A stretch of 64,000 bases of DNA from a virus. The notes under the pieces were generated by a model. The model had not been told where the DNA came from. It made no database searches and saw nothing but the letters and a program-made list of their open reading frames with translations. Of this stretch, positions 1-8,159 are shown piece after piece. Each line of letters opens with the position of its first letter. Positions within the stretch are counted from its first letter, which is position 1. The translations under genes and the position numbers were made by a program. The DNA is taken from IMG/VR virus record IMGVR_UViG_3300013115_000353, positions 21,456-85,455 of that record; one strand, 5' to 3'.

Positions 1-192
1 CGCCATGAACTTAGGGTTATACATTAGCTCAAACTGTGCACGTTCCTGGTTCACTCGCACGGCAGCAGTCGGAATAGACTCGGTGCGCGTCTTGTCGATG
101 CGCCGTGAGAGCGCAGCAAAAAACGGCTCGCGCATGAGCAAACGGGCAGTGTGCTTGTTGAGATCAAAATCGAGGGTTTTGTCATCGGACAT
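1..192 (-). CDS. N-terminus of a putative metallopeptidase/VWA (DUF2201-like) protein, partner of the MoxR ATPase; runs off the window start
   Basis: Not in the ORF track. ATG at 192 follows an AAGGAG RBS and a promoter repeat; reads MSDDKTLDFDLNKHTARLLMREPFFAALSRRIDK...IPTAAV...LMYNPKF, the usual N-terminal pattern of phage DUF2201/VWA proteins found next to MoxR ATPases. Confidence 0.6.
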   Translation of the reverse strand, partial: MSDDKTLDFDLNKHTARLLMREPFFAALSRRIDKTRTESIPTAAVRVNQERAQFELMYNPKFMA

Positions 193-200
193 AAAAGTTT

Positions 201-269
201 TCTCCTTACTCTATAAATATACACGCAAACGGGACAGAAGTCAATAGCCAAATGTCAAGAACTCGTCAA
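201..269 (-). promoter_or_regulatory. Early promoter repeat copy 1
   Basis: TTGACT (244-239), 17 bp, TATATT (221-216), then TATAGAGTAAGGAG RBS; two upstream TTGAC hexamers 11 bp apart. Confidence 0.8.
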
Positions 270-483
270 GAGTGATCCAGTCGATTCCGATCTTCATTTC
301 ATCCACCCATTCATTCTTTCGTGTGTCCTTTGCCCACACCTTATATTCCATTCGTTTTTCGATTGTTCCGTATCGTGGTTTGCGTGTGGGGCGCACTTCT
401 AAAACGATACCCGTCTCTGCGTTGCCTATAATGGGGGTGCGAAATAAAAGATCGCCCGTTCCTATGCCTTTGCGCTCCGTCAA
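241..483 (-). CDS. Small KOW/SH3-like protein
   Basis: 80 aa with GTGDLL...GIVLEV...YKVW pattern; TTG start overlaps upstream stop; stop codon lies in the promoter TTGAC. Confidence 0.6.
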   Translation of the reverse strand: MTERKGIGTGDLLFRTPIIGNAETGIVLEVRPTRKPRYGTIEKRMEYKVWAKDTRKNEWVDEMKIGIDWITLDEFLTFGY

Positions 484-707
484 CTTATAACTTCCAAGTC
501 TCGCGTATCGTATGCCAGCGTTCCAGCCTTCACGGCACGTGCAGGTTTAATAAACCGCAACAACACAAACCGTTCACGCTCATTAGGGATGGAACCATCC
601 CACTCTTCTGCGCCATCACGCCACCCGACAACAAGTGCCAGGTTAGGCGTATGCATCCGGGTAACCGTCACAAGGTTACCCGGCTTTGCGGATACGCTAC
701 TCATCAT
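480..707 (-). CDS. Small KOW/SH3-like protein
   Basis: KPGNLV start motif and DLEVIS end. Confidence 0.65.
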   Translation of the reverse strand: MMSSVSAKPGNLVTVTRMHTPNLALVVGWRDGAEEWDGSIPNERERFVLLRFIKPARAVKAGTLAYDTRDLEVIS

Positions 708-1780
708 CCACCCAAGATTTCCACAAGGTGCTCGCTCACCTTGGTGCCCGATGCCGTCTCAGCCTGGTGCAGTCGCACCACATTGTCAATGACATCAGCG
801 TCACCCAGCACCGTCCACAACTTCATTGCAACCTCTGACGGAAGCTGCACAAAGTAGTTAGCGAGGTTAGTGATACGCTCGTCTGACAACTCAGCCTTGA
901 ATACCTCTGATGCCTCAAACTTCTCGATCATCGCGCTGTGATCGTTGATGCCCCACTGCTCCGTCTTTTCAAGGGCACCATCATCAAGGATATCCTCAAT
1001 AGTCACCTGCCATTCGTACTTGTCAACGAAGTCACGCAATGCAACCGCAGCTTCAAAGCCCAGGAACGCACAAGCGAGGTTGTACAGCAGATCGGAATCG
1101 CCTTCCTTCTCGAAAACGCCCGTATCGGCTACGGTATCGTTAAACCGCTTCCACGAGCGACGAGACGGGTACACCTTGTTAGGCTCAAACTCGCCCTGAT
1201 GCTCCAGGTGGGCATGGTTGTGGTTAACAAAATCCCACACAACCACATTGACGTTACTCTTTGCCCACTTCAGCCAGTCTTCCACAGTCGGCTCGACATC
1301 GAACACCGCCCAGCGATCAAGCTCGGCAGGATCCATCTCACCCACTTGGTACTGCGCACCGTGTTCGCCACCGTTGACGGCAGCGATGATCAGCGTCTCA
1401 GGGTGCAGACGCCAGCCGTTGATCTTGCGGCTATCCGTCAACTCGAAGAGGCCCTGACGGACTTCCATCGTCGCGCGGTCCACCTCGTCAAGGAACAGCA
1501 CCACCGGCTGCTCACAGGCAGTCACGAGCCAGTCTGGAGCGTTCCACGTTGTCGCCTTGCGCCCATTGATCGAAGTCTCAGCGGTATCGGGCAGACCCAG
1601 AAGGTCACCCTCTGTCATCTGTGACGCTCGACGCTCGACAACGGGTAGCGTCATCTTGTCAGCGATCATGTAGACCACCTCAGATTTACCAAGTCCGTGC
1701 TTGCCGCGAATGAGTACGGGCAGCTTCGCTTTCAGAATGAAAGGAACGGAACCGAGAAAAGTGTTAAAGTCTACTGCCAT
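704..1780 (-). CDS. MoxR-type AAA+ ATPase
   Basis: Walker A GKHGLGKS, Walker B LFLDEVDRA, EGDLLGLP, MDPAELDRW and PSRRSW motifs. Confidence 0.88.
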   Translation of the reverse strand: MAVDFNTFLGSVPFILKAKLPVLIRGKHGLGKSEVVYMIADKMTLPVVERRASQMTEGDLLGLPDTAETSINGRKATTWNAPDWLVTACEQPVVLFLDEVDRATMEVRQGLFELTDSRKINGWRLHPETLIIAAVNGGEHGAQYQVGEMDPAELDRWAVFDVEPTVEDWLKWAKSNVNVVVWDFVNHNHAHLEHQGEFEPNKVYPSRRSWKRFNDTVADTGVFEKEGDSDLLYNLACAFLGFEAAVALRDFVDKYEWQVTIEDILDDGALEKTEQWGINDHSAMIEKFEASEVFKAELSDERITNLANYFVQLPSEVAMKLWTVLGDADVIDNVVRLHQAETASGTKVSEHLVEILGG

Positions 1781-1812
1781 GTGATTGTCTCCGGGGAGGA
1801 TGAAAAGTTTTG

Positions 1813-1878
1813 CTTACTCTATAAATATATACCCGATGGGCCTAAAAGTCAAGGTGTTTCTTGTCAAGTAAATGTCAA
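1813..1878 (-). promoter_or_regulatory. Early promoter repeat copy 2
   Basis: TTGACATTTACTTGACA, then TTGACT (1852-1847), 17 bp, TATATT (1829-1824). Confidence 0.85.
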
Positions 1879-2096
1879 TCGTTGCAAGGGGGGTGAGACC
1901 AGTTCTCACATTGCCAATCGCTGATCTGTCCGTCGCGACACAGATTGTCTGTCCAGTTGTTCCAGCACTCCCGACGAGCGGGATAGTCAGGCTCTCCGTC
2001 CTGCTCATAATCCTGCTGGATATAGGGCAGAAGATCAAGGGTGAAAATCTCGCACGCTTGTGCGAAAGTCATGACGGTGTCGAGGTTTGATGGCAT
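1875..2096 (-). CDS. Hypothetical phage protein
   Basis: 73 aa with AAGGAG RBS; D.PA.RE.WNNWTD.LC.DGQI...Q..NW pattern of small phage proteins; stop lies in the TTGACA of the repeat. Confidence 0.7.
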   Translation of the reverse strand: MPSNLDTVMTFAQACEIFTLDLLPYIQQDYEQDGEPDYPARRECWNNWTDNLCRDGQISDWQCENWSHPPCND

Positions 2097-2125
2097 CGGG
2101 GTAACTCCTTTCTTGATGATGTCTT

Positions 2126-2179
2126 ATTATCTCATATGCGAGAAGAAAGATCAAGGGTTTTTTGTCAAGTAAATGTCAA
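2126..2179 (-). promoter_or_regulatory. Early promoter repeat copy 3 (variant)
   Basis: TTGACATTTACTTGACA, then TTGATC, 17 bp, GATAAT. Confidence 0.7.
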
Positions 2180-2970
2180 CCCTTCTTGTCGTCAAAATGC
2201 CTGTCGGTAACCCTGGAAGAACCTGCGTAATAATCGGCAGGGATTTTATCCCACCCGTTCGCTGGCGCTCTTGTCACGAGCGTGCGAGCGTCGTAACCGT
2301 CTGGATCTCCATCGGTCGCCCAAGAGCCCATCTGTCGCCCACCAGAAATCTTAACACCTGTCTTGTCGTCTTCTTCGTAAAGGTGTGGCAGCGGAAAACT
2401 GGTTGTGCCTCGACTGCCCACCTTACACACTTGATCCAACCGGCGCACCATAAGCGGCTGCGGGTTTCGCACTTGATCAGTGATGTTGTCCCAGTTAATA
2501 GAAACAACCATATAGGGATAGTTACGTGCTTCATATACCTGATCGCCGTTACCATCGGGATAATAGCCATAGCTATTATAGCTAATGGTAGCGCCAACGC
2601 CAATACCTTCACGCTTCAGGGCAGCAACCACCTTCTTACGCACGATGCCATTTTGTTTTGCTGCTTCCTTTCGATCCTTCTTAAGTTGCTTGCACGTGCG
2701 GCGAGTGTGCCCGATGCCTTCATCACCCCACGAGCCATGCACAAACTTACAATAGGAGCAACGCCGAACGATACCCGCTCTGCGGTTCACCTTTGCGCCA
2801 GTGCGGGGATCGGTGCCGGTACGCTTGGCAAGTAGCTCACCCCAGTGATCGATAGAGGCTTGCTGCTTATCCTCAACTGCCATATCATAACGCTGTTGCA
2901 ACCTCTCAGTAATCTGAGGGCAGGTGCGCTTGTTGTGTCCATATTTCCAGCACGATGAGCATCGATTCAT
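2176..2970 (-). CDS. Zinc-knuckle (CCHC) containing protein
   Basis: CSSCWKYGHNKRTC at the N-terminus and a second CSYC...GHTRRTC motif. Confidence 0.7.
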   Translation of the reverse strand: MNRCSSCWKYGHNKRTCPQITERLQQRYDMAVEDKQQASIDHWGELLAKRTGTDPRTGAKVNRRAGIVRRCSYCKFVHGSWGDEGIGHTRRTCKQLKKDRKEAAKQNGIVRKKVVAALKREGIGVGATISYNSYGYYPDGNGDQVYEARNYPYMVVSINWDNITDQVRNPQPLMVRRLDQVCKVGSRGTTSFPLPHLYEEDDKTGVKISGGRQMGSWATDGDPDGYDARTLVTRAPANGWDKIPADYYAGSSRVTDRHFDDKKG

Positions 2971-3001
2971 GTTTTCTATCCTTTCTCAAAGGTTATGCTC
3001 T

Positions 3002-3055
3002 ATTCTCTCATAGATCAGAGGAGAAGTCAAGCGGTAAATGTCAAGTGAATGTCAA
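3002..3055 (-). promoter_or_regulatory. Early promoter repeat copy 4 (variant)
   Basis: TTGACATTCACTTGACA, then TTGACT, 17 bp, GAGAAT. Confidence 0.7.
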
Positions 3056-3861
3056 GCCTTCTTTGGGGCTTTGAAAGTTTTAATGTGTCGCTCCTCGATC
3101 TCGACTGGCGCAACAGCACCAACGGGGAGAACTTTGTAACGCTTCGCGCCGTTAGCTGCGGAAATGATGGGAAGATTAGACGCGATGACGATACCGCCCT
3201 TAGCGAGTGCTCGCTTTGCTGCCCAGCTTGCGCTTGCACGGTGAGATACCATCGAACCAGTCGAATACTTAGGCTCTGCATACCAAGCCGCCAGAACCTT
3301 CTGGGCGAACTTGTTAGTGTGTAGCTTCATAAAAAACCGCTTTGGAGGCACATAATCGCCATTATCTTGAACTTTGCGCACGAAATCGCGATAGTACGAG
3401 GTATGAGCGTAATAGTTAGCGAGCACAACAGCATCAGTCCGATACATATCTCGATAGACAGTTGGCCACTTCTCGCGTGCCGCAAGTGCCTCGTTAGTGT
3501 ACTCGCCGGCAATATCTTTCAACTTGCTCGTTTGCTTGTCAGTAAGCGTGTAACCGGACATAGCCTGTTCACGCAGCGAGCCAATAAAGCCCATATTCCA
3601 GCTTGAAGCATCGGATTCGGGCATACGAGCGATCAAAGCGTCGATTTCCTGCACGATTTCAGGCTTTTCTGTCTTTTCAAGGATCTGCCGCGTCTCGATC
3701 ATCTCTTCGAGCTTGTCAACCCAAACACGTCGGCCCTGCGTAAGCATGCGCTTGCGCTCATAAAACGCCAGAAGCGATTTAGCGAAGTTCAGCTTTGAAG
3801 CAGGCAGATACGGACTATCCACGATAGTTTGAAGTCTGTCACCAAGGGTGATGCGGGGCAT
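3052..3861 (-). CDS. Hypothetical protein with a C-terminal KOW/SH3-like domain
   Basis: 269 aa with RBS; ends KYSTGSMV...GGIVI...YKV...IEERHIK. Confidence 0.7.
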   Translation of the reverse strand: MPRITLGDRLQTIVDSPYLPASKLNFAKSLLAFYERKRMLTQGRRVWVDKLEEMIETRQILEKTEKPEIVQEIDALIARMPESDASSWNMGFIGSLREQAMSGYTLTDKQTSKLKDIAGEYTNEALAAREKWPTVYRDMYRTDAVVLANYYAHTSYYRDFVRKVQDNGDYVPPKRFFMKLHTNKFAQKVLAAWYAEPKYSTGSMVSHRASASWAAKRALAKGGIVIASNLPIISAANGAKRYKVLPVGAVAPVEIEERHIKTFKAPKKA

Positions 3862-3866
3862 GTTTT

Positions 3867-3936
3867 TCTCCTTACTCTCTAAATATACACCCGAACAGGG
3901 CAGAAGTCAAGTTCTTTCTTGTCAAGTAAATGTCAA
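3867..3936 (-). promoter_or_regulatory. Early promoter repeat copy 5
   Basis: TTGACATTTACTTGACA, then TTGACT (3910-3905), 17 bp, TATATT (3887-3882), then AGAGAGTAAGGAG. Confidence 0.85.
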
Positions 3937-4139
3937 GACTCTTCTGACTCGTAAACCGGCTCGAATCTGTCTGCTCGATCATAAACCTGAGACAGTTTAA
4001 CATCTCCGACAGGCTTAACAAACTTTACTTTGTACGCTCCCCAGTCAGCATCCCACATTATGTGTTCCATAACGAGCCCGATGCCACCGGTGCGTTTGTG
4101 TCGCACGAGCGATCCAACTGTAATACGTCTACGATTCAT
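3933..4139 (-). CDS. Small KOW/SH3-like protein (array member)
   Basis: Start moved to ATG 4139 after GGAGG; MNRRRITVGSLVRHK...GLV. Confidence 0.7.
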   Translation of the reverse strand: MNRRRITVGSLVRHKRTGGIGLVMEHIMWDADWGAYKVKFVKPVGDVKLSQVYDRADRFEPVYESEES

Positions 4140-4315
4140 TTTATAACCTCCAAGTTTTCCCCTAAACACGAGAAACTATGACCGTCGAGCGCATGACACT
4201 CGTAGATAAGGCGCGTTTCACCAGCGGAATCCTCCGCTGAATGACGGATCCGCACAATCAAAGCCATAATCATATCGGGGTGTGTTTTAACATAAACCAA
4301 ATCACCTACCTGCAT
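4136..4315 (-). CDS. Small KOW/SH3-like protein (array member, 59 aa, not in track)
   Basis: Hand translation MQVGDLVYVKTHPDMIMALIVRI...ENLEVIK*. Confidence 0.75.
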   Translation of the reverse strand: MQVGDLVYVKTHPDMIMALIVRIRHSAEDSAGETRLIYECHALDGHSFSCLGENLEVIK

Positions 4316-4484
4316 GCGTCACCACATAAGCTGATGCCTGCACCCATTCATTGCCTTCGTCCGCCAGCTTTATCCAGCCGGGTGCCGTGCGGACTACCAA
4401 ATATACCCTTCCTACACGCAGAGGCGGGGGCTTAGTATGTTCTACCAGATCGCCTATCTGTATTCTCGGATTACGCAGTCCCAC
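4302..4484 (-). CDS. Small KOW/SH3-like protein (array member)
   Basis: QIGDLVEH; GGAGG RBS; 14-nt overlaps on both sides. Confidence 0.7.
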   Translation of the reverse strand: MGLRNPRIQIGDLVEHTKPPPLRVGRVYLVVRTAPGWIKLADEGNEWVQASAYVVTHAGR

Positions 4485-4653
4485 TGATCACCTCCAAATC
4501 TCGTGATAGTAAGCGGACTGTACGTCCGTTTGTAAACTGTATTTCAAAGACCAAGGTGTTGCCGTGCGTGAAGTGACGCACAATCAAGCCAACCGAGCCT
4601 TTTGGTAGCCCGATAGATGCGCGTTTGATCTTTACTAAGTTACCGACTTGCAC
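4471..4653 (-). CDS. Small KOW/SH3-like protein (array member)
   Basis: MQVGNLVKI...GLIV...DLEVISG. Confidence 0.75.
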   Translation of the reverse strand: MQVGNLVKIKRASIGLPKGSVGLIVRHFTHGNTLVFEIQFTNGRTVRLLSRDLEVISGTA

Positions 4654-4807
4654 TTATAACCTCACACTTCCACGCTGTAAAGCCTGTTCTCACACGCCCT
4701 GTCTTTAAAAACCTTAAATCTACATATAGAAAGTTCCCGATCTGTACCCTATCGAGCACAATCGCAAGGTTACCCTTTTGGGTTTTTACCAAGTCACCGA
4801 CTTTCAT
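4640..4807 (-). CDS. Small KOW/SH3-like protein (array member, 55 aa, not in track)
   Basis: MKVGDLVKTQKGNLAIVLDR...FLKTGRVRTGF...CEVISASR*. Confidence 0.78.
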   Translation of the reverse strand: MKVGDLVKTQKGNLAIVLDRVQIGNFLYVDLRFLKTGRVRTGFTAWKCEVISASR

Positions 4808-4970
4808 TTATAACCTCCAGGTCACGCTTAGGGTTACTGGTACGCAAGTTGTTTTCTTTATTCCACTGAACAACTTGCGTCTCATCGGTCCCTGGTATTT
4901 GTTTAATCACAATACCGACCCAATGAGCCCAATCCTCGTGTTTATATTTTACCAGATCACCGACTTTCAC
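4794..4970 (-). CDS. Small KOW/SH3-like protein (array member, 58 aa, not in track)
   Basis: GTG start; MKVGDLVKYKHEDWAHWVGIVI...DLEVINESR*. Confidence 0.78.
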   Translation of the reverse strand: MKVGDLVKYKHEDWAHWVGIVIKQIPGTDETQVVQWNKENNLRTSNPKRDLEVINESR

Positions 4971-5124
4971 TGATCACCTCGCATTGAGCGCCCCAAAAGC
5001 CTGTTCTGAGGTATCCGGTTTTTAAGAACATTATATTCACATATAGCTGACCGGCAATCATATACCTCTCTACAACAATCGCAAGGTTACCCTTGTGAGT
5101 TTTTACCATATCACCGACTTTCAT
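4957..5124 (-). CDS. Small KOW/SH3-like protein (array member, 55 aa, paralog of 4640-4807, not in track)
   Basis: MKVGDMVKTHKGNLAIVVER...FLKTGYLRTGF...CEVISESR*. Confidence 0.78.
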   Translation of the reverse strand: MKVGDMVKTHKGNLAIVVERYMIAGQLYVNIMFLKTGYLRTGFWGAQCEVISESR

Positions 5125-5314
5125 TTATAACCTCGATCTCGTTAAGGGGCAACCACCCGAACCATTCGCCCGAACGCAGAAAGATACACCTGACACCCGC
5201 AAAGCAGATCGGCTCGTCTTCTCGCACCAGCTTGAACACCGGTCCATGCTCGCGCAAACGGTTACGTGTGCGGGAAGATGCGCGGGGTGCGGCCTTGATA
5301 GTAATCAACTTCAT
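5111..5314 (-). CDS. Small hypothetical protein, probably leaderless
   Basis: ATG 5314 lies 6 nt after the -10 box; MKLITIKAAPRAS...RTRNRLREHG...WFGWLP...IEVINESR*. Confidence 0.7.
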   Translation of the reverse strand: MKLITIKAAPRASSRTRNRLREHGPVFKLVREDEPICFAGVRCIFLRSGEWFGWLPLNEIEVINESR

Positions 5315-5320
5315 ACCAAT

Positions 5321-5375
5321 AATATACACCCGATAGCCCTAAAAGTCAAGTGCTGTCCTGTCAAGTAAATGTCAA
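5321..5375 (-). promoter_or_regulatory. Early promoter repeat copy 6
   Basis: TTGACATTTACTTGACA, then TTGACT (5349-5344), 17 bp, TATATT (5326-5321). Confidence 0.85.
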
Positions 5376-5578
5376 GACTCGTTTAATAACATCAGAGCCC
5401 TCGTATCTTCTCCGTCGTACACTTTTCCTTCGTCAAGCCAGTACACATCCACACTATGACCCCCGTGAGCGGTTGGGGTTTCGGGATAGGTGCGAGTAAT
5501 GACGCCCATAGGAATCTTATCCTCGCATTCTCGCAACCATTCAGGACTAATCCGAACCAGATCACCAACTTTAAACAT
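5372..5578 (-). CDS. Small KOW/SH3-like protein (array member)
   Basis: Start moved to ATG 5578; MFKVGDLVRI...MGVI...VYW...LLNES*. Confidence 0.72.
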   Translation of the reverse strand: MFKVGDLVRISPEWLRECEDKIPMGVITRTYPETPTAHGGHSVDVYWLDEGKVYDGEDTRALMLLNES

Positions 5579-5820
5579 TATCCTACTTTCTCCCACCTGA
5601 ACTCGTGTATTATTAAATATAACTGTCCGCGCCTCAAAACGCAAAGATCGCCTGTATTCAATGGAATAGATGCGGGTAGTGGCGCGCCGGCATCGTCTCC
5701 TAAACAATGCTGCATTACGTCATACCGGCTAAGATCACGCACCATGCCCTCACGAGCAACGATCACGATGCCGATGTCACCGCTCGGCAAATGTTTTAAT
5801 ATATCGCCAGCTTTAAACAT
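5578..5820 (-). CDS. Small KOW/SH3-like protein (array member)
   Basis: MFKAGDILKH...GIVI. Confidence 0.68.
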   Translation of the reverse strand: MFKAGDILKHLPSGDIGIVIVAREGMVRDLSRYDVMQHCLGDDAGAPLPASIPLNTGDLCVLRRGQLYLIIHEFRWEKVG

Positions 5821-6037
5821 CTTCGCTCCGTGCGCTCGATAGAATCCTTACAAAAGATGCTAAATGCCAGTCATGATCGATATATGGCGCTTTGATCTTT
5901 ACATATTTAATGTTTTTATGGAAAGAACCACGAAAACGCACATCTGTGATCAAGCCTATATATCCCGTTGGTAGCCCACCAGCATTATAAACCTCCACAA
6001 GATCGCCTACGTCTGCGTGATCGCCGTGATTGTTCAT
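5813..6037 (-). CDS. Small KOW/SH3-like protein (array member)
   Basis: DVGDLVEV...GLIT. Confidence 0.68.
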   Translation of the reverse strand: MNNHGDHADVGDLVEVYNAGGLPTGYIGLITDVRFRGSFHKNIKYVKIKAPYIDHDWHLASFVRILSSARSEDV

Positions 6038-6327
6038 CCTTCCACCTTTGTTTTGATCACTTCAGATTCATAGTTAAAGTGGTCCCAGGTGCGCTCGGAC
6101 CACAGTCTGTATACCTGTGTAAGCCGCTCGCTATCCATTTCGTCTAACTGTTCCTTTCTCCACGGTGGGTATTCCTTTTCGTCTCTGTCGTCATCAAAAT
6201 ACTCTTCGTAGATGCCAAGATAGTCGAGAACATCACCAACAGCCACGAGCAATGCACCCTTCAGTGTGAGATGGGTCGAAACAGATAGCTCGCCATCGTA
6301 TCTAACCACAAACGTCCAGATGTTCAT
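6034..6327 (-). CDS. Hypothetical protein
   Basis: 97 aa; GAGG RBS; translationally coupled on both sides. Confidence 0.65.
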   Translation of the reverse strand: MNIWTFVVRYDGELSVSTHLTLKGALLVAVGDVLDYLGIYEEYFDDDRDEKEYPPWRKEQLDEMDSERLTQVYRLWSERTWDHFNYESEVIKTKVEG

Positions 6328-6536
6328 GAAACCACCTCAAACTTGCTCGCCATGAAGTGCGATTCGCGGGCGGCGGATCCTGCATAGACGGGATGGGGTT
6401 TAAACCACTTCACTGCCAGGTGCAGCGCGCCCGTGTCGCGGTTTTTTGCGCACCTCAACACATACCCACAATGCCCCACAAACTCAGGATACTGATCATG
6501 AGAGCTATCAACAAATCTGACTATTTTTCCTATCAT
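6324..6536 (-). CDS. Small SH3-like protein, probably leaderless
   Basis: ATG 6536 lies 6 nt after the -10 box; MIGKIVRF...GYV...VKW...FEVVS*. Confidence 0.68.
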   Translation of the reverse strand: MIGKIVRFVDSSHDQYPEFVGHCGYVLRCAKNRDTGALHLAVKWFKPHPVYAGSAARESHFMASKFEVVS

Positions 6537-6542
6537 GACTAT

Positions 6543-6597
6543 AATATACACCCCGTGGCCCTAAAAGTCAAGGGCAACCGTGTTAAGAGAATGTCAA
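6543..6597 (-). promoter_or_regulatory. Early promoter repeat copy 7
   Basis: TTGACATTCTCTTAACA, then TTGACT (6571-6566), 17 bp, TATATT (6548-6543). Confidence 0.82.
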
Positions 6598-6794
6598 GAC
6601 TCGCTGATGACTTCCAGTTCTGGTTGGTATACCCAGCCCTGTGTGTTATTCGCCCAGCTAACATAATATACATTTTTCCCGTGCGGTGCATCCCGTTTAA
6701 TCTCTATCACAACGCCTATTTTGCCTCGTTTGTCAGTGTGTGGTTGTAACCACGCGGCTACTTTCCGTAACCTCACCATGTCACCCACTTTCAT
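6594..6794 (-). CDS. Small KOW/SH3-like protein (array member)
   Basis: MKVGDMVRL...GVVIEI...YYVSW...ELEVISES*. Confidence 0.75.
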   Translation of the reverse strand: MKVGDMVRLRKVAAWLQPHTDKRGKIGVVIEIKRDAPHGKNVYYVSWANNTQGWVYQPELEVISES

Positions 6795-7101
6795 CTTCAA
6801 ACCTCCTTAATCCAGTGTAACCTTCCTTGTATCCAATGATTTTACCATCTTTCCAAACCCTATTTAAAAGTTCGTGTTTCTCCTCTGGTGTGATATAATA
6901 ATATGATGGGTCTTCGATGATGCCCTCTATGGGATGGTGTACTTTATAAACTGGATAGTCGGCTTGTATCCAGCCCTTCGGGCTGGGGTTTTCTGCGTCC
7001 CACTCTATTACTTCAAGCACCACGCACCATCCACCTGGCATCCTTTCCTGCCAAATCACATCACCGGCATTTACAATGTGCATTGTGTCAACATACTTCA
7101 C
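6781..7101 (-). CDS. KOW/SH3-like protein (array member)
   Basis: NAGDVIW...VVLEV...YKV; GGAGG RBS. Confidence 0.65.
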   Translation of the reverse strand: MKYVDTMHIVNAGDVIWQERMPGGWCVVLEVIEWDAENPSPKGWIQADYPVYKVHHPIEGIIEDPSYYYITPEEKHELLNRVWKDGKIIGYKEGYTGLRRFEDESG

Positions 7102-7282
7102 TTACCACCTCCAGATTCGTCCAGTTGTGCAAGGTTTGTGTTCCATCGGGCGAAAGGTCGGGCCCATTATGGAGCAGAATCCACGTACTACCCTCGACTT
7201 TAACCACGAGAAACACCCCTTTCTCAGACTCACGGTATGGGTATCGGAATCTCACCAAATCGCCAGCTTTAAAGGGTGTCAT
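7088..7282 (-). CDS. Small KOW/SH3-like protein (array member)
   Basis: FKAGDLVRF...LEVVSE. Confidence 0.72.
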   Translation of the reverse strand: MTPFKAGDLVRFRYPYRESEKGVFLVVKVEGSTWILLHNGPDLSPDGTQTLHNWTNLEVVSEVC

Positions 7283-7470
7283 TTAGCACCTTTCCACGCC
7301 AATAGTTCATCTTCCACGCCAGCAACCAAAGTGTAATCCCATACCCACGTCAAACTACAGTCCATTCCCTGCCAGAGAACCAGCACACGTTGTGCGTGCG
7401 GCGAACCAAACTTAATAATGATACCATAACGAGAATCTCGCTTCTCGCGAACCCAATCACCTGCTTTCAC
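7279..7470 (-). CDS. Small KOW/SH3-like protein (array member)
   Basis: MKAGDWVRE...GIII...VLW. Confidence 0.72.
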   Translation of the reverse strand: MKAGDWVREKRDSRYGIIIKFGSPHAQRVLVLWQGMDCSLTWVWDYTLVAGVEDELLAWKGAK

Positions 7471-7645
7471 TTATCACCTCTATATCACTCGCTGCCATAT
7501 ATTCCATTTCGCCGTCACGCCATCGGACCTGATACATTGTCAGCGGTGCAACGCCTTCAATAGCCTCAATGATTATACCAACTTGCCCGTTTCCATTGTG
7601 AAACGACTCAGGCATCAGACTTTTAACCAGATCACCTAACTTCAC
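7457..7645 (-). CDS. Small KOW/SH3-like protein (array member)
   Basis: MKLGDLVKS...GIIIE...YQVRW...IEVISESR*. Confidence 0.78.
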   Translation of the reverse strand: MKLGDLVKSLMPESFHNGNGQVGIIIEAIEGVAPLTMYQVRWRDGEMEYMAASDIEVISESR

Positions 7646-7817
7646 TTACCACCTCAAACAGCCCCGCAAAGGCACTATCTTCAAGCCAATCATCAAGCCA
7701 CACAAAATCAATATAGTTATAAACAGATTCGTTAATGGTTCCTTTTGATATACGACTACGCAATACGATCCCTAAATGTCCACTCGATATATGTCTAATC
7801 AGATCACCGGGTTTCAT
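7632..7817 (-). CDS. Small KOW/SH3-like protein (array member)
   Basis: MKPGDLIRH...GIVL...FEVVSEVR*. Confidence 0.78.
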   Translation of the reverse strand: MKPGDLIRHISSGHLGIVLRSRISKGTINESVYNYIDFVWLDDWLEDSAFAGLFEVVSEVR

Positions 7818-7989
7818 TTAATAGCTCCAATACACCAGCGGTGCAACGACTTCTCCCCAGATGTGTGGGGATCCACTGCACGCTATATTCAGGTGCAAGT
7901 GTCGCGTTGAGAGGTAGATACTCTCTGACGATGACACCCATTAAATACGTGTCTTGTCTCTTGTGTTTCACCAAGTCACCGACTTTCAT
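7804..7989 (-). CDS. Small KOW/SH3-like protein (array member)
   Basis: MKVGDLVKH...GVIV...YSVQW...LELLNETR*. Confidence 0.78.
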   Translation of the reverse strand: MKVGDLVKHKRQDTYLMGVIVREYLPLNATLAPEYSVQWIPTHLGRSRCTAGVLELLNETR

Positions 7990-8159
7990 TTAACCACCTC
8001 TATCTTTGATACGCTCCAACTGCCTTTTCCGTGGCGCGTCATCACGGTAACATGATCAATAGTGAGCAGTGCCCCTGTTATTCTCGATGGTATCTCGATG
8101 ATCAGTGCCACCTCTTCGCGCCCGTTAATGGTGCGCTTTACCAGATCACCGATTTTCAT
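7986..8159 (-). CDS. Small KOW/SH3-like protein (array member, 57 aa, not in track)
   Basis: MKIGDLVKRTINGREEVALIIEI...KIEVVK*. Confidence 0.72.
   Translation of the reverse strand: MKIGDLVKRTINGREEVALIIEIPSRITGALLTIDHVTVMTRHGKGSWSVSKIEVVK

Noticed and set aside
1862-1878. Firm Pho-box call for TTGTCAAGTAAATGTCAA
   Set aside because: Geometry matches an 11-bp TGTCA repeat, but it is inverted relative to transcription and the downstream genes are unrelated to phosphate; kept only as a hypothesis.
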